A DNA stretch of 59,072 nucleotides from an uncultured SAR86 cluster bacterium (lineage in GTDB: Bacteria; Pseudomonadota; Gammaproteobacteria; Magnimaribacterales; D2472). The translations under genes were made by a program, and so were the position numbers. The stretch covers positions 1-59,072 of the forward strand of contig CACPON010000004.1 in the NCBI GenBank assembly GCA_902635645.1, in the 5' to 3' direction. Shown here piece after piece: positions 42,528 through 51,007 of this stretch. Positions within the stretch are counted from its first letter, which is position 1. Every line of letters starts with the position of its first letter. Under the pieces are notes generated by a model. The model was given only the letters and a program-made list of their open reading frames with translations, did not search any database and was not told where the DNA came from.

Positions 42528-44309
42528 ATGATAAAAAATCTTAGATTGAAAACTTGGACTAAGCAATCAAAACTAATACATCTTGCATGCTTTATTTTGT
42601 ATTCACTATGTATAGAAGTAGGTGCCAAAGATTTTCAACCTATTGGAACTGTCAATCCATCAAAATATGTTCCTGCTCAAAAACAAATTGCAGAAAGTAA
42701 AAACGGAATGGTTACAACACAACATTTCCTTGCAACAAAAGTTGGAGAGAAAATACTAAACAAAGGTGGAAATGCTTATGATGCAGCTATTGCTGTAGGT
42801 TTCACATTGGCTGTTGTATTGCCAAGAGCTGGAAATATTGGTGGAGGTGGATTTATGGTCATGCATGATTCAGCAACTAATCAAAGCTATTCCATAGATT
42901 ACAGAGAAATGGCTCCAGCTAAATCATTCACCAACATGTATCTGAAAGATGACGGCTCCTTTAATGATGACAAATTATCTACATTTGGATATTTAGCGAG
43001 TGGAGTTCCTGGAACAGTAGCTGGCTTTTGGGAAATTCATCAAAAATTTGGTTCTTTAGATTGGGAGTTGTTGCTAGAAGATGCGATTTATTATGCTGAA
43101 AATGGTTTCGAAATTACTCCATATATGGGAGATATGCTAACAAAATATGAAGAAAAATTGTCATATTTTGAGCCAACAAAAAAAATATTTATGGAACATA
43201 ATCCTGATTTTACAGGTAGTATTCTTGTGCAAAAAGATTTAGCAAATACTTTAAAACTTATTGCCGAAAAAGGTAAGGATGGTTTTTATAAAGGTGAAAT
43301 AGCTAAGAGAATAGCAAATGAAATGCAAAAAAATGGTGGCATGATTACAGAAAATGATTTAACTAACTACAAGCCACAATGGCGAAAGCCTCTCATATCA
43401 GACTATCGCGACAATAAAATTATTACTATGGGCCCACCCTCGTCAGGAGGAGTTCATATAATTCAAATGCTTAACATTCTAGAGAATTATGATCTTAAAT
43501 TAATACAACATAATACTGTTGACTATATAAACTTATTGGCTGAGGTCATGAAATATGCGTATGCTGATAGATCAAAGCATTTAGGTGATCCAGATTTTTT
43601 TGTTGTTCCAATATCAGAAATAACTAATAAAAAATATGCTAAAAGTATTAAAAATAAAATTAAAATTGGTGAATCAACATCATCATCAAAAATATTACCA
43701 GGTTCATTTGAAGAAATTGAAAGTGTTGAAACAACCCATTTTTCAGTGGCTGATAAAAATGGAAATATTGTATCGTCAACCTATACTTTAAACTCAACTT
43801 TTGGCTCAGGAGTTACTATAGAAGGAACTGGAATATTGATGAATAATGAAATGGATGATTTTTCAGCAGCACCTGGTATACCAAACCAATTTGGTCTTCT
43901 TGGAGCTGAGGCAAATGAAATCCAGCCAAAAAAAAGACCCTTAAGCTCAATGACGCCAACAATTGTAATGAGAGATAATAAATTATTTTTTACTACTGGA
44001 AGTCCTGGAGGATCTAGAATAATTTCTGCAGTACTTCAATCAATTTTAAATATTATAGATTTTGAAATGGATCTAGAGGAAGCTAATAAATCTAAGAGAA
44101 TTCATCATCAATGGCAACCTGATATTTTACAAATTGAATTTTCACTTGATAATGATATAAAGCAACAACTTTTGAATTTAAATTATAAAGTTGAAGTAAT
44201 TGATCCAGCTACATGTCTTCAAACAATTATGTTTAAAGATGGCAAATATTACGGGTATGGAGATTTCAGAAGACCAGATGCCTTTGCTTCAGGAGATATA
44301 TATGATTGA
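42528..44309 (+). CDS. ggt: Gamma-glutamyltransferase
   Basis: GGNAYDAA, IDYREMAP, ETTHFSV (catalytic Thr), NNEMDDF, PLSSMTP, GSPGGSRI. Confidence 0.96.
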   Translation: MIKNLRLKTWTKQSKLIHLACFILYSLCIEVGAKDFQPIGTVNPSKYVPAQKQIAESKNGMVTTQHFLATKVGEKILNKGGNAYDAAIAVGFTLAVVLPRAGNIGGGGFMVMHDSATNQSYSIDYREMAPAKSFTNMYLKDDGSFNDDKLSTFGYLASGVPGTVAGFWEIHQKFGSLDWELLLEDAIYYAENGFEITPYMGDMLTKYEEKLSYFEPTKKIFMEHNPDFTGSILVQKDLANTLKLIAEKGKDGFYKGEIAKRIANEMQKNGGMITENDLTNYKPQWRKPLISDYRDNKIITMGPPSSGGVHIIQMLNILENYDLKLIQHNTVDYINLLAEVMKYAYADRSKHLGDPDFFVVPISEITNKKYAKSIKNKIKIGESTSSSKILPGSFEEIESVETTHFSVADKNGNIVSSTYTLNSTFGSGVTIEGTGILMNNEMDDFSAAPGIPNQFGLLGAEANEIQPKKRPLSSMTPTIVMRDNKLFFTTGSPGGSRIISAVLQSILNIIDFEMDLEEANKSKRIHHQWQPDILQIEFSLDNDIKQQLLNLNYKVEVIDPATCLQTIMFKDGKYYGYGDFRRPDAFASGDIYD

Positions 44310-44388
44310 TAAACTCGCTATAATTAGTATGTATGCAATTCCAGCTTTGGTCTTATTGTTTATTTGTTTTCGAATTACTAAAAAGTAA
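44302..44388 (+). CDS. 28-aa single-TM small protein
   Basis: MIDKLAIISMYAIPALVLLFICFRITKK*. AGGAGA RBS at 44291; the ATG overlaps the ggt end. Confidence 0.5.
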   Translation: MIDKLAIISMYAIPALVLLFICFRITKK

Positions 44389-44400
44389 ATTTATTTATTA

Positions 44401-45207
44401 ATGGAATTGATTATTTTAGTTTTTCTAATCATGTTATTTCTTTCTATCGGAAGCTTAAGTTCTGTTGTTATACATAGATTAATTTTAATGGAATTTACTG
44501 ATACAAGGCTTAATTTATTTACTCCAAGATCTCACTGCCCTGAATGCAAAAAAAGTATTTCTTTAATTAATTTAATTCCGCTATTTGGTTTTTTAATTCA
44601 AAAAGGTAAATGCGTTAACTGTAAAGTAGCTATTTCATATAAATACCCACTTCATGAATTTATTCATCTAGTTTCGGGTCTATCAATCTATTTTTTATTT
44701 AATATAAATTTATTTTCAATTTTAATTTATATCTTATTTACAATTTTTTATATTCTTTTTGTATGTGACATAGAAAAATTTTATATACCCTTTTACTTAA
44801 ATTTATCAATCTCAATAATAGGTGTATCTGGTGCATATTATGGAAATCTATTTAATATAGATACTTTAAATTTATTAAACACATCACAATTTGAGCTTTC
44901 TTTATATGGCTTTATTGTTGGATATTCAATTTTATGGCTTATAAACTTTTTTTTTAAATTTTTAAAAAAACAAGATGGGATTGGCGGAGGCGATTTTTTA
45001 CTTCTAGGTGGTATAGGCTCTTTAGTTGGTCCAATTAGTTTAGCGCCAGTTATTTTTATAGGCTCATTAGCAACCTTATTTGTGGGGTTGATTGGTAAAT
45101 ATGATTTAAAAAAAGAATTACCATTAGGATCAGGATTCATAATTGGATTATTAATTTATTTATTAATAAAATTTTTTGAACTTTCTTTATTTGGATTAGT
45201 CTTATAG
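44401..45207 (+). CDS. pilD: Prepilin peptidase PilD/GspO (A24)
   Basis: PRSHCPEC, GKCVNC..IS..YP, Asp in VCDIE, GIGGGDF. Confidence 0.92.
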   Translation: MELIILVFLIMLFLSIGSLSSVVIHRLILMEFTDTRLNLFTPRSHCPECKKSISLINLIPLFGFLIQKGKCVNCKVAISYKYPLHEFIHLVSGLSIYFLFNINLFSILIYILFTIFYILFVCDIEKFYIPFYLNLSISIIGVSGAYYGNLFNIDTLNLLNTSQFELSLYGFIVGYSILWLINFFFKFLKKQDGIGGGDFLLLGGIGSLVGPISLAPVIFIGSLATLFVGLIGKYDLKKELPLGSGFIIGLLIYLLIKFFELSLFGLVL

Positions 45208-45256
45208 ATAAGACCTTTGAATATCCTCTTTAAATTCAAAAATCCCCTAGGTCGCT

Positions 45257-45287
45257 AAAAAGCAGGTTTTTAACCTGCTTTTTTTTT
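45257..45287 (+). terminator. Intrinsic terminator after pilD
   Basis: AAAAAGCAGGTT-ttt-AACCTGC followed by T9. Confidence 0.9.
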
Positions 45288-45340
45288 AATTAATCCTAAA
45301 ATATGATATAAATATAAATAATAAATTTACTCATAACATT

Positions 45341-46084
45341 ATGAAAAACTACTCTCTACTTCTTTTAACTTCTTTAATAATTATTTCTTGTTCTGATGCT
45401 GATCAAAAAGAATCATTAGAACCAGAATCACCTGCATCAAACTATGTAGAATATGTTTGGCATTCAGCTGAAGAAAACTTTAATGCTGAAAACCTAGCTA
45501 CGCTTATCAGTAAATGGAATACTATTATTGACGGATACTCATGTGATATGGATGGAGCAAATATATTAACTCCTACAGAAAAAAGAGAGAATCATGATTT
45601 TGTCTGGGTGCTAAAATGGCCATCAATAGATGCAAGAAATTCATGCTGGGATATATGGACAAATGACTATGCTGCTGATTGGGATAAAACTATCGATGGC
45701 ATTATGTCTTATGATCCAAATAATGCTTTTATGTTTAGTGTAGAAGTTGGTCGTACACCAAAAGAAGAAAATACATCTGGATCTTTTGTTAATACTTTCT
45801 ATTTTTGTAAATTTAATGAAGGTAGTAATATGGATACTTTAGATACTTATAGAGAAGACTTAGCAAAAATTAACAACTTCTCAAACAATCATTGGTATGT
45901 TCTATTAGATCCAACTTTTGATCCAGGACCTTCTGCGCCTGATTTTGTCTGGCTTGACTTATGGGGAAGCGATGAGGATAAAAATAATGATATGAAAATT
46001 TGGGAAGCCACTGATCTTCCCGCTAGAGCGGAATCAATGGTTAATTGTGAAGAATTCAGTAACTATGGTGTTGTCATTAGATAA
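45341..46084 (+). CDS. Hypothetical lipoprotein (two internally similar halves)
   Basis: Lipobox IISC; DFVW motif appears twice (HDFVWVLKWPS / PDFVWLDLWGS). Confidence 0.8.
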   Translation: MKNYSLLLLTSLIIISCSDADQKESLEPESPASNYVEYVWHSAEENFNAENLATLISKWNTIIDGYSCDMDGANILTPTEKRENHDFVWVLKWPSIDARNSCWDIWTNDYAADWDKTIDGIMSYDPNNAFMFSVEVGRTPKEENTSGSFVNTFYFCKFNEGSNMDTLDTYREDLAKINNFSNNHWYVLLDPTFDPGPSAPDFVWLDLWGSDEDKNNDMKIWEATDLPARAESMVNCEEFSNYGVVIR

Positions 46085-46091
46085 GTAAACT

Positions 46092-46166
46092 TGGAGCGGG
46101 TAGAGAGGATCGAACTCTCATCAAAAGGTTGGAAACCTCTTATAATAGCCATTATACGATACCCGC
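46092..46166 (-). tRNA. tRNA-Gly (TCC)
   Basis: GCGGGTA acceptor stem, anticodon loop TTTCCAA, GTTCGAT T-loop, encoded CCA; TATAAT upstream. Confidence 0.97.
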
Positions 46167-46239
46167 TTGCGCACATTATAATAAAAAAAAACTTTAATAT
46201 CTCTATATTTTTAAGAATAAACTATGCGATATTTTTGTT

Positions 46240-46983
46240 TTAAATGAGTTTGTAAGATTTATATTTTTTAGAATCAATACATGTGGCATTTGCAGAAAAT
46301 TCACTTTGTATTTCTGCGGAGTCTTTATTATTGGCCCAATTTTTCAATAATATATCTTCATAGTCTTCAGTATAAAAATAATTTATCCATATAAAACTAT
46401 CATTTTTTGAATTATCTTTAAGGTAGCTAATTGAATATGGGAGATCTATTGTTCTTAGGTTATTAATAAATCTATTTATAGATATTTGAAATGTTCCAAA
46501 ATTATAAGTGTCGTTATATTTGCATCTCAAAATTTCAGCATTGATGAAAGGGTTATTATTATTAATGAGTTCTTCTTTGAGTTTAATACCTTTATGTTGA
46601 AATATTGCAAAAGAACATGATGCAACTTCAGTTATATCATCACTTTTAACGGCGTCAATAAATTTCTTTAATCCCAGTGGATTGTTATTAGAAATTATTG
46701 AAATAATAAAATTAGTTATATTTGTATTATTCTCAGGAAAAAAAATTGAAATATTAAGATTTTCTAACTCTGCTATATTTTTATATTCTTCAATATTTTT
46801 TGAAAAAAAAGATTCTAGGGCAATTAAAGACCCATTTTCATTTAATGTGCAGTCAAATAAATCTTGGGTATAAGAAAAATCAGCTTTAACTAATGAGCTC
46901 AATTTGATTTCATCATTAGATTCATTCTTACTGCAAGCAGAAAGCAATATAATCACTAAAAAAATATTTAAGAGTTTGCGCAT
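46240..46983 (-). CDS. Hypothetical lipoprotein (distant relative of 45341-46084)
   Basis: Lipobox LSAC; CTLNE/CKYND and SFIWINYF motifs; same 247-aa length. Confidence 0.75.
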   Translation of the reverse strand: MRKLLNIFLVIILLSACSKNESNDEIKLSSLVKADFSYTQDLFDCTLNENGSLIALESFFSKNIEEYKNIAELENLNISIFFPENNTNITNFIISIISNNNPLGLKKFIDAVKSDDITEVASCSFAIFQHKGIKLKEELINNNNPFINAEILRCKYNDTYNFGTFQISINRFINNLRTIDLPYSISYLKDNSKNDSFIWINYFYTEDYEDILLKNWANNKDSAEIQSEFSANATCIDSKKYKSYKLI

Positions 46984-47006
46984 TTATATATTGTTATACT
47001 TAAAAT

Positions 47007-48005
47007 ATGAAAAAAAAATTAAGCATTGCAGCCCTTTTAGTTCCACTGTTATTTTGTAATTTTACCATAGCCAAGACCTATAAGATTGCATTTGGTTCCT
47101 GTCTTGATCAAGAAGACCCTCAACCAATTTGGAATTCTGTAAAGAAAGAAAATATAAATTCTTTTATATTTCTTGGTGATAACGTCTACGGCGACATACC
47201 TTCTGGTAGTCTTGATTTTATGAAAACTGCCTATGCTCAACAAAAAAAAATGTTGCCTGATTGGCTCTTTAAAAAAGATATTAATGTAATTTGGGATGAC
47301 CACGATTTTGGAGAAAATGATGGTGGTGCATCTTACCCACTAAAGCAAGAAGCACAAAAATTATATTTAGACTTCTGGAAAATTCCAATCGATGACATTA
47401 GACAAAAAAGAAAGGGTATCTATACAAATAAAATAATAAACATTGATAATTTCAAAATTAATCTAATTCTTCTTGATACTCGTTACTTTAGATCTGATCT
47501 AAAAAAAACAAAAGGTGTTAAGCCAGTTTATCTAAAAAACGAAGAATTAAATGCAACAATATTAGGCTATGATCAGTGGTCATGGCTCCTTGAAGTCATG
47601 AAAGTTAAATCGGACTTAACCATAATTGCAACCTCGATACAATTATTACCAACAGAACATAGGTTTGAAAAGTGGTCAAACTTTCCATCAGATCATTTGA
47701 AACTTAAAAAGCTATTAAAATCCCATTCGCGCCCTATTGTAGTGATTTCTGGAGATCGACATCAAGGTGCCATATATAATGATGAAAATATTTATGAAAT
47801 TACATCATCATCCTTAAACAAGACTATTTCATCAATTTTTGGAAGACCTAAAGAGGTAGATAAATATATGTTAGGTGAGATGTTTTCAGGTGAGAATTAT
47901 GGTCTTATTACAATCAACACTGATAAAAAAATTGTTGATCTAGAAATTAAAAATATTAAGGGAGAAAGGGTTCGATATAAAAAAATAGATATAAAAAAGG
48001 GCTAA
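47007..48005 (+). CDS. phoD: PhoD-like alkaline phosphatase/phosphodiesterase
   Basis: IAFGSC, FLGDNVYGD, WDDHD, LLDTRYFR, ISGDRH. Confidence 0.9.
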   Translation: MKKKLSIAALLVPLLFCNFTIAKTYKIAFGSCLDQEDPQPIWNSVKKENINSFIFLGDNVYGDIPSGSLDFMKTAYAQQKKMLPDWLFKKDINVIWDDHDFGENDGGASYPLKQEAQKLYLDFWKIPIDDIRQKRKGIYTNKIINIDNFKINLILLDTRYFRSDLKKTKGVKPVYLKNEELNATILGYDQWSWLLEVMKVKSDLTIIATSIQLLPTEHRFEKWSNFPSDHLKLKKLLKSHSRPIVVISGDRHQGAIYNDENIYEITSSSLNKTISSIFGRPKEVDKYMLGEMFSGENYGLITINTDKKIVDLEIKNIKGERVRYKKIDIKKG

Positions 48006-48020
48006 AAATAGCCCTTTTTT
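47993..48020. terminator. Bidirectional intrinsic terminator
   Basis: AAAAAAGGGCTA-aaaa-TAGCCCTTTTTT between convergent genes. Confidence 0.88.
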
Positions 48021-48034
48021 AAAATACTGGTTTT

Positions 48035-48460
48035 TTAGTTCATAACAAGAACTTTATTGCGATAAATAGCATCGCATTGACCAGAATAAAGATTTGCTAA
48101 ATTATTTTGTGACTCAGCCTTAAGATAGTTTACTTTAAGATCACAAGTCAATGAGCTATCAATTAAACCAGTATTTGAATGCTGGATATAATCACTATAA
48201 AGACCAAAAATTACAACGTCATGATGTGTTTTTGATAAATCATCTCTGACAATTATTCTGCCTCTATCTGCTGATGTATAACAACCAACTGATTGTTTTG
48301 GACAAAAGTCCTCTACTATACTTGTATTATATTCAATTTGAATATATCTAGAATCTAAATCTAAATGATCTTTTGCACTTTCAAATATAGCTTCGTTAGC
48401 TAAAGCGGTTGTGCATATCATAAATAATGATGCAAAGATTCCATTTTTAATATATTTCAT
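48035..48460 (-). CDS. Small secreted hypothetical protein (141 aa, 4 Cys in the mature part)
   Basis: AGGAG RBS, Sec signal ending ALA, terminator downstream. Confidence 0.85.
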   Translation of the reverse strand: MKYIKNGIFASLFMICTTALANEAIFESAKDHLDLDSRYIQIEYNTSIVEDFCPKQSVGCYTSADRGRIIVRDDLSKTHHDVVIFGLYSDYIQHSNTGLIDSSLTCDLKVNYLKAESQNNLANLYSGQCDAIYRNKVLVMN

Positions 48461-48475
48461 TTCAACTCTCCTTAA

Positions 48476-48535
48476 TGTTACATTTGTGTGACATTAGTTA
48501 CAATTATGTTACATAGTTGTCACATATATGTCAAA
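48476..48535. promoter_or_regulatory. Six-unit TGTNACA array (Pho-box-like)
   Basis: TGTTACA 48476, TGTGACA 48487, AGTTACA 48496, TGTTACA 48507, TGTCACA 48518, TGTCAAA 48529; spacings 11, 9, 11, 11, 11. Confidence 0.8.
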
Positions 48536-48602
48536 CATTAAAGAAATGATATTTGAATGCTAAATTGTGTATTTTTTATAATTAATCTGTAAAGATACGT
48601 TT

Positions 48603-50093
48603 ATGAGTTCTCTAAATATTATATTTCCAGATCAGCTATCTCTTAGAAATGAGGCTTTGCAAACTGCATCTAATGAAGATCTTTTATTATTCTATGAACC
48701 TCATGATTCCTTTTATGAAATATCTCATCACAAGCATAAGCTTGTCTTTCAAATAAGTGCATTAAGACATTTAATTAATACGATTGATCATAAAAATGTA
48801 AAACATGAAAAGATATCTAAGAAACCATCTAAGTTAATTGAATATCTATCAGAACTATACAAAGAGGTACCCTTTTCGACTGTGAATGTTTCAAGACCTA
48901 GTGATTTTAAAACCCTAAAAGATTTAATGTATTTTTGCCAATCATCGAATGTAGAGCTAAATATATATGATGACAAAAATTTCATCACTTCACCTTCAGA
49001 CTACCAGTATTGGGCTAAAGATAAAAAATCAACAACTCAAGAGTTCTATTATAGATGGTTGCGAAAAAGGAATAATGTTCTTATGGACGATTCAAAACCG
49101 GTTGGTGGTAGCTGGAATTATGATAAAGAAAATCGTCAAGGCATTTCAAAATTAAAGTCATCTATTCCTGAAAGATCAAAAATAATAACTGATCAAATTA
49201 CATTAGAAGTAATGATTGAAGTTCAAGAAATATTTATTAATTCTTATGGAAATTTAGAGAGCTTTAATTGGGCTGTCACGCATCAAGAAGCCTTTAAGGT
49301 GTTTAATGATTTTTTAGATAAATTTTTAACCAATTATGGGGCATTTCAAGACGCTATAAACAAAGAAAATGCATTTATGTTTCATTCACTTCTTTCACCC
49401 TATTTTAATGCTGGACTTTTAGATCCTTTAAATTGTATTCAGATTGTTGAAAAAAAATATCAAGAATCAAATGAATTGATTCCTCTGAATTCGGTTGAAG
49501 GTTTTATTCGTCAAGTTTTAGGTTGGAGAGAATTTATTATGGGTGTTTACTGGGACAATATGCCCCAGTACAAACAACAGAATTTTTGGAATCACAAAAA
49601 AGATCTTACTGAATCTTGGTATAAAGGTGAAACTGGCATTCCACCTCTTGACGGAGCAATAAAAGAATCAATCGAGTTAGGCTATACACATCACATTAAT
49701 CGGTTAATGATAATTTCTAATTTGATGAATTTATCTGGTATTGATCCTAACAATATTCATAAATGGTTTATGGAAATGTATGTGGATACTGCTGACTGGG
49801 TTATGGTACCAAATGTCTATGGGATGGGCACTTTTGCTGATGGTGGTATATTTTCAACAAAACCTTATATTTGTGGTTCAAGTTACATGCTGAGAATGTC
49901 TAATTATAAAAAAGGTGATTGGTGTGATGTTGTTGATGGGTTGTATTGGAATTTTATTGAAAAGAATATTAATTTCTTTAAAACAAACCCCCGATTATCC
50001 CTTATGGTAAATGCATTAAATAAGATTAACCCTGAAAGAAAAAAACTTATAACTGAAAAAGCCCAAGAATTTATATCAAATAATACTGTTTAG
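48603..50093 (+). CDS. Bacterial (6-4) photolyase/cryptochrome of the PhrB/CryB class, FeS-less type
   Basis: FPDQL, HKHKL, EFYYRW.RK, GGSWNYDKENR, EGFIRQVLGWREF, HHINRLM, WVMVPNVYGM, KPY. Confidence 0.92.
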   Translation: MSSLNIIFPDQLSLRNEALQTASNEDLLLFYEPHDSFYEISHHKHKLVFQISALRHLINTIDHKNVKHEKISKKPSKLIEYLSELYKEVPFSTVNVSRPSDFKTLKDLMYFCQSSNVELNIYDDKNFITSPSDYQYWAKDKKSTTQEFYYRWLRKRNNVLMDDSKPVGGSWNYDKENRQGISKLKSSIPERSKIITDQITLEVMIEVQEIFINSYGNLESFNWAVTHQEAFKVFNDFLDKFLTNYGAFQDAINKENAFMFHSLLSPYFNAGLLDPLNCIQIVEKKYQESNELIPLNSVEGFIRQVLGWREFIMGVYWDNMPQYKQQNFWNHKKDLTESWYKGETGIPPLDGAIKESIELGYTHHINRLMIISNLMNLSGIDPNNIHKWFMEMYVDTADWVMVPNVYGMGTFADGGIFSTKPYICGSSYMLRMSNYKKGDWCDVVDGLYWNFIEKNINFFKTNPRLSLMVNALNKINPERKKLITEKAQEFISNNTV

Positions 50094-50944
50094 TTTAGAT
50101 CATCTATATCTCTTAGAAGAATGTTTGCTGCATAAGGCGTAACTTTCTTGAAATCATGATCAACATTATCAAGAACTTTATAATTCCATCTAAAAGCATA
50201 ATTCTTATCTTCAGCGCTAGTGATAAGTGAATTAAAATAATTATTCGCCCTATCAACTCTTGTTATGCCTTGAAGTTTTGCTCCTTTAGAAGAATTTACA
50301 CTTTTGGAACCAATATCTTCACTGCCGATAAGTAAATTTACTTTATTAGACATAAACCATCTTAAATCTTCATCAGAAATAATTATTGGTGAGCTTTTAA
50401 TACCATAAGGAAACTCAGCATTGTTTATAAATGTATACCATCCAGCATTAGCAACCACGGCATTTGATATCCTTTTATCTTTACTTAAAAGCATATACCT
50501 ATGAGTGAACTGAGCACCAGCAGAATGACCAAACATGTTGTAGGTATTAATATTTAAGGAAAATTTACTTTTTATATAATTAAAAAATAATGAAATTGAA
50601 TTATTTATATATTTGCTCTCATCTTTATTTACATTGCCTGAAGACTCAGCCATTTCTAATAAAAAAAAGTATCTAAAATCAGCTTTATTAAATTGAGGCG
50701 CGGCAACTATGACGTTCTTATTTTTGATGTGAGGTATCCAAGCTGAAAGATACTCTTCAGCATTTCTGCTGTTTCCATGGATTACAAATATTACTTTAGT
50801 ATTTTCATTAATGACATCAGGAGTAATATAGTAAATCTCAACATCAGGCTTATTCCAATATGCAAAAGTTGTTTGATGTATTTCAGCTGCATTTGTATAC
50901 ATTGGTAAAACTAAAAGCAAAAGGAGTTTTAAGAAATATTTCAT
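50090..50944 (-). CDS. Secreted alpha/beta hydrolase
   Basis: Signal peptide, IHGNSRNA, GHSAGAQF nucleophile elbow, ANAGWY, C-terminal H. Confidence 0.85.
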   Translation of the reverse strand: MKYFLKLLLLLVLPMYTNAAEIHQTTFAYWNKPDVEIYYITPDVINENTKVIFVIHGNSRNAEEYLSAWIPHIKNKNVIVAAPQFNKADFRYFFLLEMAESSGNVNKDESKYINNSISLFFNYIKSKFSLNINTYNMFGHSAGAQFTHRYMLLSKDKRISNAVVANAGWYTFINNAEFPYGIKSSPIIISDEDLRWFMSNKVNLLIGSEDIGSKSVNSSKGAKLQGITRVDRANNYFNSLITSAEDKNYAFRWNYKVLDNVDHDFKKVTPYAANILLRDIDDLN

Positions 50945-51007
50945 AAATCCATTTTAGCAATGAAATTATTTAATAGGTTAAAATGCACGTAAATTTAATT
51001 AATCCAT

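Noticed and set aside
46092-46166. tRNA-Gly as an integration site for the P island
   Set aside because: No integrase and no duplicate of the tRNA 3' end seen by eye in the window.
48476-48535. Repeat array as CRISPR or iterons
   Set aside because: Units are 7 bp with helical-turn spacing and no spacers, cas or rep genes; fits transcription-factor sites.
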